A DNA stretch of 34,962 nt from a virus (Duplodnaviria; Caudoviricetes): positions 1-34,962 of the IMG/VR virus record IMGVR_UViG_3300037991_002149; one strand, 5' to 3'. A program made the position numbers and the translations under genes. The notes below the pieces were generated by a model. That model was not told where the DNA came from. It was given only the letters and a program-made list of their open reading frames with translations, and ran no database searches. Below are positions 8,811 through 14,291 of this stretch, one piece after another. Position 1 is the first letter of the stretch. Each line of letters starts with the position of its first letter.

Positions 8811-9310
8811 TAGATAGCTTGTAACACACAGTTGGTATAGGCGTAACAGTATTTACCATTATGTTGCAACTGCCTTTGACTATGTATTACAAGCTACCTA
8901 CTTTCAGTCGGTCAGCAACAGGGCTGTATTTAGCTTACCTCCTACTCATAGATAGCTTGTAACACACAGTTAGCGTACCAAACTGGAATTACATTGTTTA
9001 TATGGTAGTTCACGCCTCTAGTTCTAAGCTAGAGTTTCCAACCTTATGCATTCCTATGTGCTACAAGCTACCTACAAAATTAAACGAGATAATGTACTTC
9101 GTGTATGCGCTTGTTGGTTATCATACTTTGAGTACCCTAGCCGAGAGGTACATTAGTTCGTTTTTGTAGATAGCTTGATAGTATCTAGCTTACTTTCCCT
9201 ACCTGCGTATTTTGGGCTTACCTGTCGACAGTTTTTATATCTCTATAAAATACAAGGCATTGTCCGCACCTAAGCTAAGACTTTTCTGCCGATACTATCA
9301 AGCTACCTAC
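8811..9310 (-). ncRNA. Array of three inverted-repeat-flanked cassettes (TAGATAGCTTG...CAAGCTACCTA); putative processed structured RNAs
   Basis: Units 8811-8900, 8949-9074, 9166-9310; 20-22 bp stems; 24-bp direct repeat atagatagcttgtaacacacagtt at 8810 and 8948; no credible ORF. Confidence 0.65.
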
Positions 9311-9314
9311 CTGT

Positions 9315-9482
9315 TTAAACAAGTAGGTCATCACTTCGTGTCAAGTACATGTAATGGCATAAACCTTGTTGACATGTGTACTCAATCTTATTTTTTTCTT
9401 GATTGTATATTTTAATGTAAACATGATTTTTGATTTGCCATTCTGTAATTGTTTGCTCACAAAATGAACATTGTATTTCCAT
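9315..9482 (-). CDS. 55-aa putative Zn-finger protein (MEIQCSFC...TCQQGLCH...)
   Basis: Hand-translated; AGGAGGT RBS; stop lies within TGTTTAAACA. Confidence 0.75.
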   Translation of the reverse strand: MEIQCSFCEQTITEWQIKNHVYIKIYNQEKNKIEYTCQQGLCHYMYLTRSDDLLV

Positions 9483-9495
9483 TTATACCTCCTAA

Positions 9496-9712
9496 TATTT
9501 TTACGAGTAACTTAGTGTTTGATTGCAATTTGCCTTTTCAAGCGCTGTTCTTTGCAGGTAGTTTCGATAAGCTCACTATGGAATGAGGCAGTAGACTATT
9601 GGTAAGTATTCAGTGCCATTGGATAAATACAAACCTCACTAAAGCGTACAACAGGTAGTTTCTTTTGCGATACTATGAACAAGTACGAACCACTAAGCTA
9701 CTCGTAAAAATA
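9496..9712 (-). ncRNA. Stem-enclosed non-coding cassette (22-bp stem, 173-nt insert)
   Basis: tatttttacgagtaacttagtg / cactaagctactcgtaaaaata; insert carries caggtagtttc twice. Confidence 0.55.
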
Positions 9713-9786
9713 CTATTTATGCTCTTTGTTTAAACAAAGCGAAGGGGATAGTCGAGGCAACAACTATCCCAATCGCTATACATTAA

Positions 9787-10002
9787 TTATGTGTTTTGAC
9801 TTTCAGGCACAAAACCATAGAAGAAACCTTCCATGTAGATTTCTTTGTTGTCTTGTAGCCAACTAGCAACATCACTAGGTACTAATTCTAGTAATTGGTT
9901 GAAACTAGCCATGTTAATTACGCCACTATCTCTAACAATAGAGATTGCCTCGTACACATTGTCAGGGATAACTAACTTACCCTCTGTTGTTTTGGTAGCC
10001 AT
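9787..10002 (-). CDS. Hypothetical protein
   Basis: ORF track; AAGGAGG RBS; VRDSG..NM motif resembles DUF5049-like small phage proteins. Confidence 0.75.
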   Translation of the reverse strand: MATKTTEGKLVIPDNVYEAISIVRDSGVINMASFNQLLELVPSDVASWLQDNKEIYMEGFFYGFVPESQNT

Positions 10003-10027
10003 TTGTCCTCCTTTATAGTTACCACAA

Positions 10028-10051
10028 TGCTGTCTGTTTAAACAGACAGCA
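10028..10051. repeat. Perfect 24-bp palindrome centred on TGTTTAAACA
   Basis: tgctgtctgtttaaacagacagca. Confidence 0.95.
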
Positions 10052-10062
10052 CTAGCTAACTA

Positions 10063-10260
10063 CTAATTTTTTTCCTTGTCACTAACAATAGCTTTTAACT
10101 CTTTGTCAATGACATTACAATTAATAGTATGTTGTTTTTCGATTTCTTGATAAGTTTTATTCCAAAGATTATTTAATAATTTATCTTTTAAATCTATTAG
10201 CTCTTCCTCATCAAGTAACTCTGCACTTGCATGTAGAGTTTCTATAATCTTGTTTAACAT
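10063..10260 (-). CDS. Hypothetical protein
   Basis: ORF track; GGGAGG RBS. Confidence 0.75.
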   Translation of the reverse strand: MLNKIIETLHASAELLDEEELIDLKDKLLNNLWNKTYQEIEKQHTINCNVIDKELKAIVSDKEKN

Positions 10261-10270
10261 TTTGCCTCCC

Positions 10271-10414
10271 TTAATAGTCTGTATCTTCTAACCAAAGAAC
10301 TCTTAAAAAATCTTTTCCAAAAGCCTTTGTTAGTTTCTTTCTTACATCATCAATATTAGGATTAAAGTCTTTGCCGACCTCGATACCTATCTTGACAATT
10401 CTTTCTTCAGGCAT
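10271..10414 (-). CDS. Hypothetical 47-aa protein (MPEERIVKIGIEVGKDFNP...)
   Basis: Hand-translated; AAGGAGG RBS. Confidence 0.75.
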   Translation of the reverse strand: MPEERIVKIGIEVGKDFNPNIDDVRKKLTKAFGKDFLRVLWLEDTDY

Positions 10415-10440
10415 GTTGCCTCCTTACCTTTATTGTGTTT

Positions 10441-10663
10441 GATAAGAGTTTATAGAATAGGCTGTTGCCCTCCTTACTTGATAGCAAGACTTACATATTG
10501 CAATCGCTGTACTATCTTCTTGGCAACTTAGTTTATCAATCGCTCTCTCGTTTTGTTCTTCTAACTCTTTCACATTTGCGATACTTACAATCGCTGTTGT
10601 TAGCCATTCCAAAACAAACTCGTTCTTTCGTATCAAAACCTGCCTATTCTATAAACCCTTACC
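10441..10663 (-). ncRNA. Stem-enclosed cassette (22-bp stem, 179-nt insert with 3 x CAATCGCT)
   Basis: gataagagtttatagaataggc / gcctattctataaacccttacc; both mismatches are G-U on the minus strand. Confidence 0.55.
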
Positions 10664-10741
10664 CTACATTAAGTTAGTAATTACCTTGTTGTAACTACTA
10701 TAAACCTCGCTGTTTAAACAACGAGGTCTAACTAATTACAA

Positions 10742-11152
10742 TTAGAATGGCGGTTCGTTTTTACTGTCATACTTACTTGTACTATCAGTATTAACAAACA
10801 ACTCTGCATAATCTAGCTTGGATAGTGTGCGCTTTGCTTCTTCCATAGTTAGAAAGTGCTTGTCTTTTGGATTACCGCAATCGGTATCTTCCATAGACAC
10901 GCCAAAGTTATGATTAGATACAGTTGAACTGTTAGCTAGTCTTATATCTCTAAAGAATAAGTCATCAGTTAACCCTGCTCTATGAACTTTGATACTGTCC
11001 TCTATGTATCTAGTGTCTACATTGATACCTAGTTTGCCATTAAGTGAACGCCATTGCTGTAACGCATGGTCATTACTCTCTGCCGAAACTATATGTACAT
11101 CAATAAACTTACTAAATACACATTTAGCTTGAACTACATATTGTTCTACCAT
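10742..11152 (-). CDS. Hypothetical protein ending in NEPPF
   Basis: ORF track; AAGGAGG RBS. Confidence 0.8.
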   Translation of the reverse strand: MVEQYVVQAKCVFSKFIDVHIVSAESNDHALQQWRSLNGKLGINVDTRYIEDSIKVHRAGLTDDLFFRDIRLANSSTVSNHNFGVSMEDTDCGNPKDKHFLTMEEAKRTLSKLDYAELFVNTDSTSKYDSKNEPPF

Positions 11153-11238
11153 TTAATGCCTCCTTAATATTGTGTGAATATTTATCTGTTGATAAATATC
11201 GTTGAACGCTCATTGTTTAAACAAGCGCTCTACGATAC

Positions 11239-11949
11239 TTATTGGTAATCTTTACGCAATTTAAGCGGTAAGTCTACAACTGTAGAAGAACCACAAGCCA
11301 TGCAACGAAAGTTATCGCCAACTTTCTTGTACACTGCCATAGATACTCGACTAATTAAGCCGAAACCCTGCGCAATAGATTTGTCACTAGCACCGACACA
11401 CGCCTCTGCACCTGTACATTTGACCGCAACTGTAGTTGAACCTGCACCCTCTCGTTGCTTGATAGCATAATGAGGAAGTAAGCCTAACTCCTTGATGAAG
11501 TCCTGTATAAGTAGAGTAAACTGCGCACCTGCAACTGTTGCTGTAGGAATACCCTCCGCACCTAGATAATCCATAATGATTTTCTTAAAGCGGTTGTTAT
11601 GTCCTGTACCAACAGGCAATATTGCATGAGTTACCTCGTGTGCAACAATCTGCGCTGTTTCGATACTGTCGGCAAGTGAAGTGCCTGTACGAGTAGGGCA
11701 TATAAAGATTTCTCTAACATCTCCCTCGCTGTGTTCTTCGTAATGACATACGCCAATAGCTTTGGCATTACCTTTTGGCATAAAGCCCATAGATAATTTG
11801 ATGACATCACGCTTAACTTCGCATACAAACTCTTCTTCGATTTTATCGTAGATAAAGTCTGCAACTTTGTTAAGCCATTCTTCACGATTACCTTTGAAGA
11901 AATGAATTTCTTCTTGTGTATCTGTACTAGATTTCTGTTTAGTTTCCAT
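11239..11949 (-). CDS. SprT-like zinc metalloprotease with C-terminal Zn ribbon
   Basis: AIGVC, EIFI.P, AHEVTHA (HExxH) followed by GH...F; C-terminal C...C...CMAC; AGGAGG RBS. Confidence 0.8.
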   Translation of the reverse strand: METKQKSSTDTQEEIHFFKGNREEWLNKVADFIYDKIEEEFVCEVKRDVIKLSMGFMPKGNAKAIGVCHYEEHSEGDVREIFICPTRTGTSLADSIETAQIVAHEVTHAILPVGTGHNNRFKKIIMDYLGAEGIPTATVAGAQFTLLIQDFIKELGLLPHYAIKQREGAGSTTVAVKCTGAEACVGASDKSIAQGFGLISRVSMAVYKKVGDNFRCMACGSSTVVDLPLKLRKDYQ

Positions 11950-12338
11950 TGTGTTTGCCTCCTATATATTTACTATACACTTACAAAAATTATAAGTGTA
12001 TTTCTTATTGCTCATTGTTTAAACAAGCAATAAAAAATATAAGGCATAAATAGAATATGCGAACAGTGTCTAAGGCGCTTTGTTTCTGTTAGATTAGTGC
12101 AACTGTTGTCTAATGATTTCTGTAACTAATCTTTTTTCGCTAGTGTTGTTGTTTTACGCTTTTCAGCCAATCTTCGCTAGAAGTAGAGTTCTTACCGATT
12201 ACACTCGGTCGTTCTCTATGGGATTTAGCGCCTGTATTTAGTATTTAATTGAACAGCGCCTCATCTGTACTTGCCTCGAACACTTTCTTAGGCTTTTTTA
12301 AGTAGTTGTCTAAGTCCAACTCTATTGTGTTATTAATA

Positions 12339-12366
12339 ACATTACTAGGTCTGTGTTTTATGCCAA
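12339..12366 (-). promoter_or_regulatory. Candidate early promoter TTGGCA-16-TAATGT
   Basis: The minus strand reads TTGGCA taaaacacagacctag TAATGT, upstream of the early arm with an AT-rich region further upstream. Confidence 0.35.
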
Positions 12367-12628
12367 CTTATGTTGACATATTTGATAAAAAATAATTAGG
12401 TGGAAAGCCTATAAACATTGACTATTTCAGGTGCATGAAAAATTATTTATTTTTTTACAAAGAAATCTTCAATTTGCGGTGTCATTTCTTAGGCGTAACT
12501 TTCTGCGCCTAAGATTTTGTTAGGTGTTCCTGTTGGAATTTTAACCGATAATATTTTGCCGATATTAATGTTTGTCTATCCCCTTACTGTTACTGTTTAA
12601 ACAACTGCCAATCTTTACCAAACTGTGT

Positions 12629-12688
12629 ACACAATATGTTGTGGTACTATATATAGTGTGCATACCTACACAACACAAGATGTAGGCT
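12629..12688. promoter_or_regulatory. Three NrdR-box-like palindromes
   Basis: acacaatatgttgtgg (12629), gtactatatatagtgt (12644), acacaagatgtaggct (12673) against the consensus acaCwAtATaTwGtgt. Confidence 0.55.
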
Positions 12689-13120
12689 TGTAGCCTATAA
12701 ACACAAGGGCTTGGGGTAGGGTTTAATGTGGGGGTGGTCGTTATTTATATGTGTGTACTCTTAAAATATGCTGTTAACTAGGCAGTAAAATAGCCCTCTA
12801 AAGTGCTTGTTTAAACACTTATAGTGATTATCTTAAATAAGTAGAAACTTAATACAACTAACCCTGTGTCATCCCTCCCAACCGATAACAAATCTGTTTA
12901 TGACTTATTGTAAATATATGAAGTAATAGCCTCTAACGCTAGTTACTATGGTCAGGCAAGTCCACTTTATTGAAGTTCTTATCTGATAAATCTTTTCTAG
13001 TGCCTGAAATCTATCATGTTTGTTTTTCTACTATACCATAAAATTATTTTATGTGGGGATTTCCTTACAAAGTAAAGGAGGAAATCTAAGTAAAAAAATC
13101 CCTATCTTATTTTACAGGTA

Positions 13121-13129
13121 TGTTATAGT
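13121..13129 (+). promoter_or_regulatory. Extended -10 promoter TGtTATAGT
   Basis: Same element recurs at 13263 and 13516. Confidence 0.5.
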
Positions 13130-13262
13130 GGATGTTAGGAATATTCATTTTCCTTTCAAGGACATGTTTAGCCCTTTCTATTGTGTATACGAAATGGGTG
13201 TGACAGGCAACTGCTACACCCATTAGTATTATCAAAAAAAAATTTTTTTTACACCTACATTC

Positions 13263-13271
13263 TGTTATAAT
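13263..13271 (+). promoter_or_regulatory. Extended -10 promoter TGtTATAAT
   Basis: Consensus match, with an A-tract/T-tract palindrome upstream (13234-13250). Confidence 0.6.
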
Positions 13272-13276
13272 AAATA

Positions 13277-13514
13277 TGCTTTTAGAAAGTCTAAAAGTAT
13301 CGTGTATGAGGATATGCGATTAGAAAAGAAAGAAATTGCTTTTCATCATATAGCACTTGTGATTATGTGATTGCTGAAAGTAAATTTATTTTTTCTTTTT
13401 CTTTCACAGAGTAGTGAAGGTGCGAGGACCTTTAATTGAGGACACAACTGCCTTTATACTCGCAAACAGTATTGGACATGCTGTACGAACAGAACTCCAC
13501 TTCGGTGGAGTTTT
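13277..13514 (+). ncRNA. Candidate ~240-nt small RNA
   Basis: Bounded by an extended -10 and a UUCG terminator; internal hairpins; no credible ORF. Confidence 0.45.
13491..13514 (+). terminator. Rho-independent terminator
   Basis: agaactccac-TTCG-gtggagtttt, a cUUCGg tetraloop with a T tract. Confidence 0.8.
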
Positions 13515-13515
13515 G

Positions 13516-13524
13516 TGTTATAGT
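13516..13524 (+). promoter_or_regulatory. Extended -10 promoter for the late/packaging operon
   Basis: TGtTATAGT upstream of the AGGAG RBS and ATG 13551. Confidence 0.55.
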
Positions 13525-13550
13525 GATAAGAAGCAACCACAGGAGTTAAA

Positions 13551-13622
13551 ATGCCAATGAGCAAAAAAGGTAAAAAGAAAAGATACTCTAGCAAACGCAA
13601 GAGTAAATCAATGGGTTACTAA
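13551..13622 (+). CDS. 23-aa basic peptide MPMSKKGKKKRYSSKRKSKSMGY
   Basis: AGGAG RBS; TAATG coupling. Confidence 0.65.
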   Translation: MPMSKKGKKKRYSSKRKSKSMGY

Positions 13623-13879
13623 TGGCTACATACCAAGGTAAATCTGTAACTTTAAATTCGCCTCGTGCAATTAAAAAAGGTGAACCTGGTTATGGTCGTA
13701 AAAAATCTATGGTTTATGTTAAGGATGGCGACAAAGTTAAAAAAGTAATGTTTGGCGACCCTAACATGAAAATTAGAAAAGGTAACAAAGAAGCAAGAGC
13801 ATCCTTTCGTGCTAGACACAAATGTGATACTGCAACAGACAAAACTACAGCTAGGTATTGGAGTTGTAAAGCATGGTAA
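13622..13879 (+). CDS. Conserved basic phage protein (DUF6321-like)
   Basis: KKVMFGDPNM...RASFRARHKC...ARYWSC..W motif. Confidence 0.75.
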   Translation: MATYQGKSVTLNSPRAIKKGEPGYGRKKSMVYVKDGDKVKKVMFGDPNMKIRKGNKEARASFRARHKCDTATDKTTARYWSCKAW

Positions 13880-14049
13880 AAGTAAAAGGTGTTGATGTAT
13901 CTAAGTTAACTAAAAGTCAACAGAATGCTATGAAAAAACATTCTAAGCACCATACAAAAAAACATATACAATATATGACAAACTCTATAAAAAGAGGTAG
14001 TACTTTTACTAAAGCACATAAAAATGCTCAGAAGAAAGTAGGTAAATAA
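13873..14049 (+). CDS. 58-aa His/Lys-rich protein (…MKKHSKHHTKKHIQYM…)
   Basis: Hand-translated; coupled to both neighbours. Confidence 0.7.
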   Translation: MVKVKGVDVSKLTKSQQNAMKKHSKHHTKKHIQYMTNSIKRGSTFTKAHKNAQKKVGK

Positions 14050-14192
14050 TGGCAGGTAGAAAAGTAAGTTGGAAGTGGGGAGGCAAAACTTATAGTGGAA
14101 CACTCATACCTAGTATGGAAACTAAGACACATAGGTTTGCAAGAACACACAATGGCAAAATTAAAAAATTACCTAAACGAAAAAAGAAATAG
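14049..14192 (+). CDS. 47-aa basic protein (MAGRKVSWKWGGKTYSG...)
   Basis: Hand-translated; TAATG coupling; the KVSWKWG pattern resembles small Tudor/SH3-like domains. Confidence 0.65.
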   Translation: MAGRKVSWKWGGKTYSGTLIPSMETKTHRFARTHNGKIKKLPKRKKK

Positions 14193-14291
14193 TTGAATAT
14201 AGCCTGTCCTGTTTGTCAGGAATATTTGCAGGTGGTTAAACTTAAATTAAAGTGCAAAAATAAGAAATGCAAAAAATATGACAAAAACTAA
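14193..14291 (+). CDS. Possible 32-aa Zn-finger peptide (CPVC...CKNKKC)
   Basis: TTG start directly after, and in frame with, the upstream TAG; four Cys. Confidence 0.4.
   Translation: MNIACPVCQEYLQVVKLKLKCKNKKCKKYDKN

Noticed and set aside
8811-9310. CRISPR array
   Set aside because: Repeats alternate in orientation, inserts vary from 46 to 105 nt, and no cas gene is present.
9212-9415. 67-aa plus-strand ORF
   Set aside because: TTG start, no RBS, and antisense to a well-supported minus-strand gene and the structured array.
8590-9780. tRNA genes or hammerhead ribozymes
   Set aside because: I could not find a cloverleaf with a T-loop consensus or a CUGAUGA/GAAA core by eye; tRNAscan/Infernal should confirm.
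10430-10677. 68-aa (-) and 70-aa (+) ORFs
   Set aside because: Weak or absent RBS, unlike the strong GGAGG of neighbouring genes; both lie over a long-range stem. The minus ORF is not fully excluded.
13020-13226. 68-aa plus-strand ORF
   Set aside because: No RBS, atypical composition, and it spans promoter and hairpin elements.
8867-13455. 11-bp match caactgccttt between the cassette 1 insert and 13445, as a guide-target pair
   Set aside because: Matches of 10-11 bp are expected by chance in AT-rich sequence of this size.
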